Positions 21,181 through 31,580 of a stretch of DNA of 64,000 nucleotides are shown here, in pieces. Position 1 is the first letter of the stretch. Each line of letters starts with the position of its first letter. This DNA comes from Candidatus Multivoradales bacterium (GTDB taxonomy: Bacteria > Acidobacteriota > Thermoanaerobaculia > Multivoradales > Multivoraceae), in contig CBDCWI010000002.1 of NCBI GenBank assembly GCA_965223325.1, positions 960,001 through 1,024,000 of the forward strand, written 5' to 3'. The notes under the pieces were generated by a model, which had not been told where the DNA came from, made no database searches, and saw nothing but the letters and a program-made list of their open reading frames with translations. Position numbers and translations under genes: made by a program.

Positions 21181-21375
21181 TACCGCGAGGGTACGCTTCC
21201 CAACAGACCCTCAGCGATCTTCAATCGGATGGAGCAGACGGCAACGAGCTGCCGTGGCTCATCCTCGTTGGGTTAGACTGCCTTGGGGTTCGGCGCGATT
21301 GGCGAGCCCATTGAACTAGGATCTCTGGCAAAGGCCCTCACGCGCCAACCAGCATGATCAACCAGGACGCGAGCC

Positions 21376-22170
21376 ATGAGTGCCCCCTTCGTTCCACGCG
21401 TCGGCGGAATCCTGAGCGCCGACATCGCCGTTCCCGAGCACGAACGCGTCGTCCGCTTCTACTCACGTGTACTCACCACGGGCGAGAATCCGCTCTGGCG
21501 CGGGGATCTCATGAATAGCCGAGGCACGCCGATCATCGGCTTGGGCGCGCGCAGCCCAGAGTACGCAGACCTCCCGCTCCAATGGATGCCGCACATTCAG
21601 GTCGCAGATGTGGCAGCCAGCGTGCAGCGCACGCTCGATCTGGGTGGGCATGAGCTCATGCATGGAAGGGACGACGATGGTAAGAGCCAGTGGGCGGTGT
21701 TGCTCGATGCGAACGGGGCGGCATTCGGGATCATCCCAGTCGTTTCAGCAGATGCGATTCCTCCAACCGGGGGCGCATCGCGCGAAGCCGCGGCGCCTGT
21801 GGGTTGCATCTCTTGGCTCGACCTGACCGTCCCCGACGCGGCGGCAACCTGCGACTTCTATCGACAGGTCGTTGGTTGGTCGGTGCAGGACGTCGAGATG
21901 GCGGACGCAGACGAGCGCTACGCCGACTACAACATGTTGGGTGACGATGGGAACCCTGCGGCGGGAGTCTGTCATGCGCGCGGCGTGAATCTGGGTCTGC
22001 CGCCTGTCTGGATGATCTACCTTCCGGTTGGTGACCTCGCCGAGAGTCTCCGTCGCGTACGAAAGGAAGGGGGTAAGGTCATCAAGGCGACACAGGGGAG
22101 GGATGGGGAGGTCGCCTATGCGGCTGTTGAGGATCCGGTGGGGGCGTGCCTGGCGTTGGTACCGGGTTAG
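21376..22170 (+). CDS. VOC/glyoxalase family protein with tandem domains
   Basis: WMPHIQVADV, ISWLDLTVPDA..DFYRQVVGW, LPPVWMIYLPVGDL, EDPVGA. Confidence 0.88.
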   Translation: MSAPFVPRVGGILSADIAVPEHERVVRFYSRVLTTGENPLWRGDLMNSRGTPIIGLGARSPEYADLPLQWMPHIQVADVAASVQRTLDLGGHELMHGRDDDGKSQWAVLLDANGAAFGIIPVVSADAIPPTGGASREAAAPVGCISWLDLTVPDAAATCDFYRQVVGWSVQDVEMADADERYADYNMLGDDGNPAAGVCHARGVNLGLPPVWMIYLPVGDLAESLRRVRKEGGKVIKATQGRDGEVAYAAVEDPVGACLALVPG

Positions 22171-22442
22171 ACGGGTGCAGCGGTCTGGCAAGGCTGTTGA
22201 GCAGCCTCGGAACGGCCTCTCTTGACCCTTGTCGTTTCCGCCTATCTTCGTGCCGATGGTTCGGTATCTCCAGGCCGACGGCCCCGAGACAATGGCGGGT
22301 TCTGAGAAGTGGCGCGGTGAGTTCTACGGGGCCGCAGAGATGCGCGCCATCCGCGGCGCCTTCGCAACAGCGTCTAGTGCGCCTCTGCGTGGCTCTACAG
22401 GAACATCATGGAGGCTGCGGCGGTATCGTTGCGGTGATCGCT

Positions 22443-22525
22443 GTCGAACAACCACGTGTACTGGGCACAAGCCCGCGTTCGCTTCGCTCGCTCGGATCTG
22501 TACCGGTGACGTTCGTCCGCTAGGT
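22443..22525 (+). mobile_element. Degenerate attC site, homologous to 11047-11131
   Basis: GTCGAACAAC...CTCGCTCGG...GTGACGTTCGTCCGCTAGGT aligns with the first attC. The core GTT is changed to GCT. Confidence 0.6.
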
Positions 22526-22655
22526 CGCCCAGCTTTGATTGAGGACTGCCACTGAGTTGGGAAACTGCTGGAACGATCGCGGACCTGGTCGCCGCTGTAG
22601 CTGTCGTCGTCTCGCTGATCTATGTCGGGATTCAGATTCGACATAACGCGCGCTC

Positions 22656-22739
22656 TGCCAACAATGTCGTTGTAGCCGACAGCAACCCCCCTCCGCTTCG
22701 CTCCGGCGGTCTTCCGCGGCTGAGCTTGGTGCGTTGGCT
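22656..22739 (+). mobile_element. Integron attC site (84 bp)
   Basis: TGCCAAC...GTTGTAGCCG...CGCTTCGCTCC...CGGCTGAGC...GTTGGCT. The R boxes are complementary and the L boxes pair imperfectly with one extra base. Confidence 0.72.
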
Positions 22740-23056
22740 GGCGGAGTCGGCTGGTCGCTTGCTTCAGACGCCGGGATGGTGCTCGCCTTCCGGTTCATTA
22801 CCTCGACAAGAGCCGAGGCCGCAGCAGACTGGAGGGTTCTTCAAGTCGAGCGCACGAGAGGGAGCGCCAGCTAGCGACCCGGTGAACTCGACATGAACCT
22901 GCCACCGGTCGATGCGCCTGGCTCAGAACCACGTTGGAGTATCGTGGCGAAGCGCTCCGCCGACTCGGCCGCGGTCCTTGCGCTTTGGTCGAGCGTGGAT
23001 ACCTTGGGAGCGGATTTGTCTCCACCGCTACGGTTTTCGACAAGGAGCGAGACCCA

Positions 23057-23452
23057 GTGAAAGATATCTCTGGAATCGATGAAGACGGTAACCCTAAGAA
23101 TGGCCCCTTTCAGCTGTTCTTCAAGAACGGCCTTGTCTCCTGCGAGGGTGAGTTCGACAACGGAAAGAAGTCAGGAAAGTGGAAGTACTTTCTCAACAAC
23201 GGCCAGATGCAGTCCTCCGGCAGCTTCAAGGACGGAAAGATCGTTGGTCGGTGGAAGTGGTTCTTCAAGAATGGCGAACCGCGGGGAACCGGCGGCTTCG
23301 ACGATGAAGAGAAGAAGCACGGTGTATGGAAGCGGTACCACGCCAATGGCCAACTCTGGGACGAAGGTCGCTTCGAACACGGCAAGAAGAGGGGCACCTG
23401 GAAGGTCTACAACGAGGCCGGCGAGCTCGTAGAGACCAAAACCTTCAAGTAG
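23057..23452 (+). CDS. MORN-variant repeat protein (YwqK-like)
   Basis: Repeated G.WK.F..NG...G.F.DG. AGGAG RBS before GTG 23057. Confidence 0.85.
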   Translation: MKDISGIDEDGNPKNGPFQLFFKNGLVSCEGEFDNGKKSGKWKYFLNNGQMQSSGSFKDGKIVGRWKWFFKNGEPRGTGGFDDEEKKHGVWKRYHANGQLWDEGRFEHGKKRGTWKVYNEAGELVETKTFK

Positions 23453-23514
23453 TGGAACCGGCGTCTCCGCCTATCACTCTTCGTTCGCAAGCGATTTCAG
23501 TCGACCGGTTGGGC

Positions 23515-23680
23515 CTAGTACCCCGTACCATTGAACCGCACAGCGTCTGAGCGTTCCTCGCACTCGATCTCTGCGTTGTCACTCCTCGACAGATCACCAA
23601 TATGCCTGCGTCGTGACGCCTTGATATCGAGCACGATCATCCACTCAGTCACTATCCGTTCCAATGGTACGGGGGCCTAG
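23515..23680 (-). repeat. 166-bp CTAG-bounded MITE/REPIN-like element, copy 1
   Basis: CTAGTACCCCGTACCATTGAA...TTCCAATGGTACGGGGGCCTAG. Its reverse complement matches 37482-37647 with about 13 differences by manual count. Confidence 0.9.
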
Positions 23681-23704
23681 TATTGTTTGCAATCCACTCC
23701 CGAC

Positions 23705-26626
23705 ATGCCAGACGAGACGCGCCGATCCACCCCCGACCCGTTCGAGCTGTTCGACGCTGCGGACGATGTGCTCGAGGAAGCCCTCGCGCTCGAGCCCGAA
23801 GAGCGCCCCGACTTTGTCGCACGGGCATGTGCTGGTAGGCCTCAGCTGGGTGAACTCGTCGGGCAGCTGCTCGACGAGATCGACGTTGCGGGAGGCAGCA
23901 ACGCCTCCGAACACCCGGCGTTTCCAATCGCCGCGCTCGCACTTGGTGGGGCACTGCTCCAAGAGCCCACACCGCGCCTCGAGGCGGGCGATCTACTCGC
24001 CGACTACGAGATCTGCGAGGGCATCGGCGCGGGAGGAATGGGTGAGGTCTACCGAGCGACGGACCGGCGCCTCGGACGTGATGTCGCCATCAAGGTCCTT
24101 CCCCAGCACCTCTCGAGCGATGAAGACCTACGTGCTCGTTTCGCCCGCGAGGCGAGGGCGATCTCGAAGCTCAACCACCCGAATGTCTGCGTTCTCCACG
24201 ATATTGGAAGGTCCGGAGACATCGATTACCTGGTCATGGAACTTCTGGTCGGCGAATCGCTGCGGGAACGGATGGATCGCGAGCCCCTCTCACTTGGAGA
24301 GGCACTGCGCCTGGCAACGCAAATCGCTGCCGCTCTCTCTGCGGCACACAGAAACCGCATCGTGCACCGCGATCTCAAGCCCAGCAATGTGTTCTTGGTG
24401 GCCTCGGGCGCCAAGCTCCTGGACTTCGGCATTGCCAAACTCCAGCCGCCCGCGGTCGGAGTCAAGCAGCCTCTGGACGCTGGCGAAACGACAGTGCGTG
24501 GCACTCTCATTGGAACGCCGCAGTACATGGCACCCGAGCAGCTCGAGGGCGGTCCTGTTGACTCTCGTACCGACATCTTCGCATTCGGCGTGCTGCTCTA
24601 CGAAATGGTCTCGGGAGAAAACCCGTTCCCCGGGACGAGCCAGGCAAGGGTGATCTCGGCGGTTCTCTCGCACGATCCGGCGCCCGTTTCGTCGCTCGAA
24701 AAGGAGGTGCCGCACGAGATCGACAGGCTGATCGCCACCTGTCTGGCGAAGGCACCAGACGATCGCTGGCAGAGCGCAGGGGACCTCGCACGCGAACTCG
24801 AGTACATCGCCACCACCGAGCCCAAGCCAAGCGAGCGTAAGCGGCGCTCGTGGAGCGTTCGTGCTGGCGAAACGTTCGCGAAACTGGCTCTCGCGCTCGC
24901 TGCCGGCCTGCTCGGCCTGGTCTTGGCTTCGGCCTGGTTCTCCAGAGCGCCGACGCCCGAACCGAGCGGCGCCTACCGCTTCGAGATCGATGGTCTCGCA
25001 CACCATGAAGGCTGGACCAGGCTCGCGCTCTCTCCCGACGGGACAGCAGTCGCCTATGTCACGGAGGCCTCTGGCGACCGCCACATGGCGCTTCGCCGAA
25101 TGAACGACACCGAACCGAGCCTCATCCCAGGCACACTCAACACCGAGACTCCCGTCTTCTCCCCCGATGGTCGCTGGCTGGCCTTCGTTCGTATTCCAAC
25201 AGGCCGGCTCGAGAAGGTCTCCCTGCGGGGTGGCACGCCGATCGAGCTCGCCCAGGTCGACAACCTGCAGGGCGCGACCTGGGCCCGCGACGGCTACCTC
25301 TACTACTCACCGCAGCCCTCGTCGGGCATCTGGCGTGTCCACCAGGATGGCGGAACACCCGAGCATTTGAGTGAGCCCGATCCAGCACGCCGCCAGCACT
25401 CGCATCGTGCCCCGACCGTCCTCCCTGGAGGAAGGTTCGTGGTATTTGTCCTCGCGGACAGTCGAACGGTCTCCTACGACGACGCGTCGACTGAGATCCT
25501 CGATCTCCAAAGCGGCAAACACCGGACCCTGATCGAAAACGCTTACGCGCCGCGGTTCTCAGCGACCGGCCACCTTCTCTTCATCCAGAAGGGCGAGTTA
25601 CTGGCCGTTGCGATCGACCCAGTGAACGGCACGACGAGCGGAGCACCCTTCAGGATCGCAAGCAATGTGGTCGGAAACTCACTTCATGGTGGAGGCGACT
25701 ATGCGGTCTCTGACAACGGTGTCTTGGCCTACGCGAAGGGAGAGCCTACGGCACCCCACCGCGATCTTCTGTGGGTCGATCGCAACGGCAACGAGAGTCT
25801 CCAGCCGGTCGAGCCAACCGCCGTTCTCAACATGCGGCTCGACCCCACCGGTCGCTACATCGCCCTCCAGGTCCAGGGAGCCAACAACCGCATCTGGCTC
25901 CATGACCTCGAGCGATCGACGTCGTCACTCGTCACCCGGGAGTGGAGCGACCACCTTCCGGTATGGACGCCAGACAGCCAACGCATCGCCATCTCCTCCA
26001 CTCGCGGCGGCCCACTCAATCTGTTCTGGCGAAGCGCAGACGGTGTGGGTGACGCCGAGCTCCTTCTCGCCTCGAAGATCATGCTTCATCCCGGTTCCTT
26101 CTCGCCCGACGGGCAGTACCTCGCCTACTGGCAGCTCGAGGCAGAAGACATCGGCGACATCTTCCTGCTACCGCTCGGCGACGGCGGTCGGACCCCGGGC
26201 GAGCCGGTACCGCTCGTTGAGTCCCCGGCCATCGAAGGCGCGCCGCGTTTCTCTCCAGACGGCCGCTACATTGCGTACGTCTCGGACGAGTCCGGGCGCC
26301 CAGAAATCTACGTCGTGACGGTCGAGAAACCGCGGCGCCGCTTTCGGCTCTCGAATGGCGGAGGCTACTCCCCGCGCTGGTCGCGGAGCTCAGAAGAGCT
26401 CTTCTACCGCAGCGGCGACCGGATGATGGCGGTTGCTGTGGGCTTCGAGCCCTTCGAGCACGGTTCGCCGAAAGAACTCTGGAGTGGCGACTACTGGAAG
26501 AGCGAAATGTTCGATTTGACGCACTACGATGTCCACCCCGATGGCCGGTTCCTCATGCTGCGCGAACGCAAGCGGCCGCCCGAACCGATCGTTGTCGAAA
26601 CCGACGCTCTGGATTTCCACCGGTAG
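23705..26626 (+). CDS. Ser/Thr protein kinase with C-terminal TolB/PD40 beta-propeller
   Basis: GAGGMGEVY, HRDLKPSN, DFG, GTPQYMAPE, and repeated FSPDGR motifs. Confidence 0.95.
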   Translation: MPDETRRSTPDPFELFDAADDVLEEALALEPEERPDFVARACAGRPQLGELVGQLLDEIDVAGGSNASEHPAFPIAALALGGALLQEPTPRLEAGDLLADYEICEGIGAGGMGEVYRATDRRLGRDVAIKVLPQHLSSDEDLRARFAREARAISKLNHPNVCVLHDIGRSGDIDYLVMELLVGESLRERMDREPLSLGEALRLATQIAAALSAAHRNRIVHRDLKPSNVFLVASGAKLLDFGIAKLQPPAVGVKQPLDAGETTVRGTLIGTPQYMAPEQLEGGPVDSRTDIFAFGVLLYEMVSGENPFPGTSQARVISAVLSHDPAPVSSLEKEVPHEIDRLIATCLAKAPDDRWQSAGDLARELEYIATTEPKPSERKRRSWSVRAGETFAKLALALAAGLLGLVLASAWFSRAPTPEPSGAYRFEIDGLAHHEGWTRLALSPDGTAVAYVTEASGDRHMALRRMNDTEPSLIPGTLNTETPVFSPDGRWLAFVRIPTGRLEKVSLRGGTPIELAQVDNLQGATWARDGYLYYSPQPSSGIWRVHQDGGTPEHLSEPDPARRQHSHRAPTVLPGGRFVVFVLADSRTVSYDDASTEILDLQSGKHRTLIENAYAPRFSATGHLLFIQKGELLAVAIDPVNGTTSGAPFRIASNVVGNSLHGGGDYAVSDNGVLAYAKGEPTAPHRDLLWVDRNGNESLQPVEPTAVLNMRLDPTGRYIALQVQGANNRIWLHDLERSTSSLVTREWSDHLPVWTPDSQRIAISSTRGGPLNLFWRSADGVGDAELLLASKIMLHPGSFSPDGQYLAYWQLEAEDIGDIFLLPLGDGGRTPGEPVPLVESPAIEGAPRFSPDGRYIAYVSDESGRPEIYVVTVEKPRRRFRLSNGGGYSPRWSRSSEELFYRSGDRMMAVAVGFEPFEHGSPKELWSGDYWKSEMFDLTHYDVHPDGRFLMLRERKRPPEPIVVETDALDFHR

Positions 26627-26846
26627 TACGGCACCGTCGTTCATATTTTGGTCACGGGAGATCCTTCCGCTGGACTCCTTGCTGGGAGACCTCCACTTCG
26701 CTGAGGGAGTTTGACTCTGACCCACCAGCATGGACCCGGTAGGGGACCGTCGCCCCTCACGATCCGCGGTCCTGGCCTGCTGCGTTTCGAGTTTCGAGGT
26801 GCCGCGCTTCCCAGGCCCGCGGAGACTCCGGTCGAGCTGGAAGGAC

Positions 26847-27278
26847 TCAGGCAACACTCGCAGATGGAGGGCCATCGGATGGTTCGAAGGCGTCTGCGAG
26901 GAGGCGGCAAGCGTCGAAGTTCGTAAAGATCCCGGCGAGCTTTTCGCCGCGGCGCACGAGAACACTCCCTACCCGCTCTCGCATCATCAGTCGCAAGACA
27001 CGATCGAGCGGTTGGTCCATCTCGACGATCAAAACATCGGGCCGCAGGACGTCCTGAATTTGCACGCCTCGGTCCGACGCCTTGTCGAGGTCACGATTGC
27101 TCACAATTCCAATCAAGTCTCTACCGCGCTGCACCGGTAGATGGTGGATCTCGTGTTCTTGCATCATGACCCTGGCGTCTTCGACGATCGCTGTGTCGTG
27201 GATGAAATAGGGAAACGGTGTCATGACCTGCTTGACCTTGGGGGCAGGACCTCCGAATGAGAGCGGCGTGGCGGTCAT
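26847..27278 (-). CDS. CBS domain protein
   Basis: VKQVMTP, IHHLPV, LIGIVSNRDL, LAGIFT. GAGGAGG RBS. Confidence 0.88.
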   Translation of the reverse strand: MTATPLSFGGPAPKVKQVMTPFPYFIHDTAIVEDARVMMQEHEIHHLPVQRGRDLIGIVSNRDLDKASDRGVQIQDVLRPDVLIVEMDQPLDRVLRLMMRERVGSVLVRRGEKLAGIFTNFDACRLLADAFEPSDGPPSASVA

Positions 27279-27709
27279 CGATCCTCCTCGGGAAACTCTG
27301 GTTGCGATGGGTGCCGCGGGGCCGACGCCCTCTGAACGGTCCATTCAAGAGAAGCGCGAACCCTCACGCCATGTTGAGAACTTCCACCAGTGAACGAAAT
27401 AGGCAGAAACCGTACCACCCGGTCTGCGCCGGTCTACGTCGCCCGTCTCCCCTGGACGCCGCACACGGTCTCGGGTAGTTCCCCGTCGATGCCGGACGCC
27501 GAGGCTGGGCCCGGAGCCTCTGCCTTCTCGCGGCACCCGTCGCGCGACCGGAGCTGCGGCTTCTACCTGCTCCGTCTGTGAGACGCCCTGGTGGATCAGC
27601 ACAACCGAAACGCCCTACACTCTCCGCACGCCACATGAGAGCTGAGGCAAGTCCTTGGGGAAGATCCTCGGTGAAAACCGGCAGAACCGTGAGCAAAGGG
27701 GAGAAGACG

Positions 27710-27988
27710 ATGACGAGAATCAGCAAGGTCGTTTTGCGCGATATGTTCGAGACCGTGGAGCGGACACGTGATGAACTCCGTCTCCAGGCGCATCTCGGCA
27801 AGGAAGAAGCCAAAGACGAAGCTACCGAGCGCTGGCATGCGCTCGAGGACAAATGGCGGGCGCTGAACCAACGCCGATCCGAAATCGCCGAGGTCGCCGA
27901 GGATGCCGGCGAAGGAGTTCTAGAAGGACTCAAGCTCTCGCTAGAAGAGCTCCGCGACGGCTACGAGCGCCTTCGCAAGCGCACCTGA
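27710..27988 (+). CDS. Small coiled-coil conserved hypothetical protein
   Basis: RDELRLQAHLGKEEAKDE...ELRDGYERLR, with an RBS-like GGGGAG. Confidence 0.75.
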   Translation: MTRISKVVLRDMFETVERTRDELRLQAHLGKEEAKDEATERWHALEDKWRALNQRRSEIAEVAEDAGEGVLEGLKLSLEELRDGYERLRKRT

Positions 27989-28232
27989 TCCAAGCATGAC
28001 GCCCAGAGCAGGCCAGTAGTCCCGAGCGTCCAGGGTTCTCAGAAGAGTTCGAAGACAGCATCGAAGACTACTTGCTCCACCCAGCGCTGACCATCTTCGT
28101 TCCGCCAGGTGAGGTCAAACCAGCAACTCGACCTCGCCCTCCTCGAAGGGGAACCCCACGGGGTCCGCAGATGACTGCCAGGGGCCAGCCCTGGCCACCG
28201 GGACGCCCCTTCGACCGGACACACCACTCGGC

Positions 28233-28904
28233 CTACCTTTCGAGGTGCGAGACGGGCTGGGGAAGGATGAAGAGCATCAGCACACGGGGAGCACCCACCG
28301 CCTCGGTAAAACGCCAGCCACGAGCTGCGGCAACGACGGCACCGTCAAGCCCTGGCGCTCCGCGCAGCACCTGCATCTGCACGACCTCTCCGTTCCCACC
28401 GATGGTGGCTCCGAGCAGCACCTGTCCGCCCGCCAACGCACGCGGTGGGAAGCCCGGTACGACCACCTGCAACGGCATAGGAAAACCCGCCGATGCCTCG
28501 GTGTAGGTGAAGTGACGGTTGTCACCCTCGGCGGCGGGAAAACTCGGAGAGCGCGAGACAACCGCCAGTAGGATGGCCGAGTCAACGGCCTCGCCATCGA
28601 TCGTTGCAGGCCGGAACCACCAGCTTGAGAAAGCCTCTTCCAATGCGTCGGCGGCCTCGGCAACCGGATCGACAACGTCTGGCTGCACCTCGGGTGCCTC
28701 CCGAGTGGGCCGCATGGAACTCCAGCCCAGCAACGATCCGTCGCGGCCGACCTCGAGTTCGTAGAGGGTCAGCCCACCGCCTATGGCGTGTGGATGGATA
28801 GGGGGCAGGGCTCCGCCACCGAAACGGGGTGAATCGTCGGCGGCGCTCCCGAAACCGACAGCCATTGCTGCCAACAAAACAACCCAGCGCCCTGAGGTCT
28901 TCAA
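28233..28904 (-). CDS. TonB C-terminal-like domain protein
   Basis: WWFRPATIDGEAV and GQVLLGATIGGNGEV...AARGWRF. The TTG start overlaps the upstream stop. Confidence 0.6.
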   Translation of the reverse strand: MKTSGRWVVLLAAMAVGFGSAADDSPRFGGGALPPIHPHAIGGGLTLYELEVGRDGSLLGWSSMRPTREAPEVQPDVVDPVAEAADALEEAFSSWWFRPATIDGEAVDSAILLAVVSRSPSFPAAEGDNRHFTYTEASAGFPMPLQVVVPGFPPRALAGGQVLLGATIGGNGEVVQMQVLRGAPGLDGAVVAAARGWRFTEAVGAPRVLMLFILPQPVSHLER

Positions 28905-29413
28905 GCCCCACTCTCCAGAGCCACCGCCCCATCCGGGCGAGCCGGCTCGACGCCACCCAGCGCCGGCTCTGCCAAGGACATAAGCGCGACAGCGACGGCA
29001 ACGATCAAGACCCACATCTCGAGGCGATGGTAGCGAGCGAGCCGCAAAAGTGCGCCGGTGAGATGCGTTAGATCACGGCCCTCGGTACCAACCAGCAGCC
29101 GCAACTCGCGGGTCACCCCGCTTAGCCAGAATCCACTGAGCACGAAGTAGGCTCCGATCATCGCCAACACCACCCCGAGACCCAGCGAGACATTCATCGC
29201 TGTGCTGATGGCGACGATCCCGAGGATCGTGGCGAGGAGCTAGGCTGAGGCGGCCGTACTGTTGGTCGCTCTGGCGAGCAGCCGGCAGGCCGCTTCCTCC
29301 TGCCCTTTCAGCTCGTACTCCTTGGTATCCGGCTCGGCCTGTGACGTGTCCGGCTTTGAAACAGCAGTGTGCAGCCGCTCGGTATCCGTGTTCTGACGTT
29401 CTCCTGGTCCCAT
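28901..29413 (-). pseudogene. Membrane protein gene with a single in-frame TAG
   Basis: AAGGAG RBS plus ATG 29413. The frame is open for 171 codons except for TAG at 29242-29240. Hydrophobic helices follow the stop. Confidence 0.55.
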
Positions 29414-29608
29414 GATCAGACTCCTTGGTAGTAGCCCTTTGCGATTCCGTCCGCTTCCGAATGTCGTTCCAAACGGCAGGCTGCGAGATCCGACGCATCA
29501 GGCACCGGTCGATGTGGTCGGTGCGCCTCCTAGTACCCACTTCTCCTTAGCTTCCAAAGGACCCCGGGCGCCGCAATGAACGGCCGAGTTCTCATAACGT
29601 TCGCGATC

Positions 29609-31339
29609 TCACTCGTCTTCACCGCCGCCTCGGTAGCGAAAATGCCTAGCCGCCATGAACACACCAATGGCACTCGCTATCCCGAGGGAAGCGAACCCGA
29701 GCCAACGCCCCGGACCTCCCAAGGTATCGCCAGCATGCAAGAGGATCGAGCCCGCGACCAGCAACGAGGCCACTACTACGGCCCCAGCGAGGAGCCGGCT
29801 CGCAAACAGAATCGCCGCGGTCAAGCGCCCTAGCCCACCGTGCGAGAGGCGTACATCGAACTGCCGATGGCGAATCTGATTGAGCAGCCTGCTGAGATCC
29901 CTGGGCAGATGCTCAAGCAGCGTCGAGTAGGCGCTCACGCTAGCCGCCATTCGCCTGGTGAGAGATTCGAGCGAGAGCCGGCGCGATGCTAACGCAGTAA
30001 GCGAGCGGGCGACTTCCTCCGACAGGTGGAAACCGGGCAAGATGTTGTTGGCAACCGCTTCGACAGCCGTGAGCGCCTTGAGTAGCTTGACCAGGTCGCC
30101 ATGGAGCACCATGCCGTGTCGGCGAAGCACCACATAGAGACGCGTGAGCAGGCGAGTGATATCGAGTTGCTCGAGAGTCGCGTGGTCGAAGTCGACGAGA
30201 AAATCCTGAATGCTGCGACGAAGAGGACGATCCTCCTCGAGAGCAGGGTCAGCCCCCGTGAGATCGATCGCCGTGAGCTGGCAAGCCTCGGCGTCGCCTT
30301 CGAGAATGTGGGTCACAAGGTCGACGAGGAGGCGTCGCTGATCCTGCCCGAGGTAACCAGTAATACCGCAGTCGATAAACCCCACCCGGTCGCCAGGCAT
30401 GTAAAGAAGGTTGCCTGGATGGGGATCGGCATGGAAGAAGCCGTAGTCGAGACACTGACGCACTACCGCTCGGCAGCCCCGGGCAACGAAGGCGTGTGCC
30501 GCTTCGGGCGTCAGGCTGTCGGCATCGAGCTTCGAGACGGTGGTGCCCGCGAGGAACTCGAGTACCAGGACACTAGGAGTCGAGACATGCCAGTAGACTC
30601 GTGGAAAGACGACATTGGGATCGTCGCCAACGAGACGACGCAGTCGGTCTGTCGCTCGACCTTCATGGAGAAGGTCGAGTTCGGTCATCCGATCCTGTGC
30701 GAATTCCTGCAGCAGATCGACTGGGTCCACCCCAAGGTTGTTCACGTGACGGGCCGACAGCGAAGCGAGGAGCGCCAAGACCTCGAGATCGGACTGGATC
30801 ACTTCGCCAATGCCCGGACGAAGCACCTTGAGAACCACTTGCGAGCCATCGCTGAGGGTCGCGCGATGGATCTGGGCCACCGAGCCTGCCGCAAGCACGT
30901 TGGCGTCGATCGATTGAAACTCGGTTTCCAGGCGTTTGCCGAGGCAGTGGCGGAGCTCGTTCTGGATCGCCGACCAGGCAACCGGGCGCACTGCCTCCTG
31001 GAGACGCGCAAACTCGCGTGTCCAATCATCTGGAAGCAGGTCGTGCCGAGTCGACAGGAACTGCCCGAGCTTGACAAAGGTCGGCCCGAGTTCTTCGAAG
31101 ACAGCCCGCAACCGCTCCGGTGTAGTTTCCGGCGCCCCTGCCGCAATCTCGGTCTCCGACTCGCCACTCGACTTGCGCGGGGACACCCTTCGTGAACCGG
31201 GCAGGTCGAAGCGACTGACCAGGTCGGCCAGACCATGGTGAATCAGCACGCGTGATACCTCACGCGCACGCCTCACCACGCGGAGCTTGCTACCTAGACC
31301 GCTCAATAGGACGTCACTGGGTTCGACTGCGGCAGCCAT
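29609..31339 (-). CDS. ABC1/UbiB (AarF) family kinase
   Basis: ELGPTFVKLGQFLSTR, AGSVAQIH, FFHADPHPGN, IDCG, and C-terminal TM helices. Confidence 0.93.
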   Translation of the reverse strand: MAAAVEPSDVLLSGLGSKLRVVRRAREVSRVLIHHGLADLVSRFDLPGSRRVSPRKSSGESETEIAAGAPETTPERLRAVFEELGPTFVKLGQFLSTRHDLLPDDWTREFARLQEAVRPVAWSAIQNELRHCLGKRLETEFQSIDANVLAAGSVAQIHRATLSDGSQVVLKVLRPGIGEVIQSDLEVLALLASLSARHVNNLGVDPVDLLQEFAQDRMTELDLLHEGRATDRLRRLVGDDPNVVFPRVYWHVSTPSVLVLEFLAGTTVSKLDADSLTPEAAHAFVARGCRAVVRQCLDYGFFHADPHPGNLLYMPGDRVGFIDCGITGYLGQDQRRLLVDLVTHILEGDAEACQLTAIDLTGADPALEEDRPLRRSIQDFLVDFDHATLEQLDITRLLTRLYVVLRRHGMVLHGDLVKLLKALTAVEAVANNILPGFHLSEEVARSLTALASRRLSLESLTRRMAASVSAYSTLLEHLPRDLSRLLNQIRHRQFDVRLSHGGLGRLTAAILFASRLLAGAVVVASLLVAGSILLHAGDTLGGPGRWLGFASLGIASAIGVFMAARHFRYRGGGEDE

Positions 31340-31580
31340 ACCTTTCAGTGTGGCGCGCTTCTCGACGTGCTTGAACCGCGGGCTTCAAGGAGCGGGCCTG
31401 CGGAAAACCGAACCTCTTGGCGCCTGTGCGATTCAGGCCTTCTGCCCAAGGTTGGCCAACTTTGGGTTTCTACGTGGGCGGTGTAGCAGAAGTCACGGTT
31501 CATGGACCCCTGGACCTCGGTGATAGTGGCAGCAGCCATCGAATGCCATACTCGTGGATCGAAAACCATGTGAGGACAAG

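Noticed and set aside
22180-22210. Possible attC start after the VOC gene (GGTCTGGCAAGGCTGTTGAGCAGCC)
   Set aside because: Lacks the AAC box and a matching GTT end.
23057-23452. YwqK-like protein as the antitoxin of a polymorphic toxin system
   Set aside because: No adjacent toxin gene; MORN-variant repeats alone do not imply immunity function.
29530-29538. CTAGTACCC resembling the end of the 166-bp element
   Set aside because: Only 9 bp match and the following sequence is unrelated.
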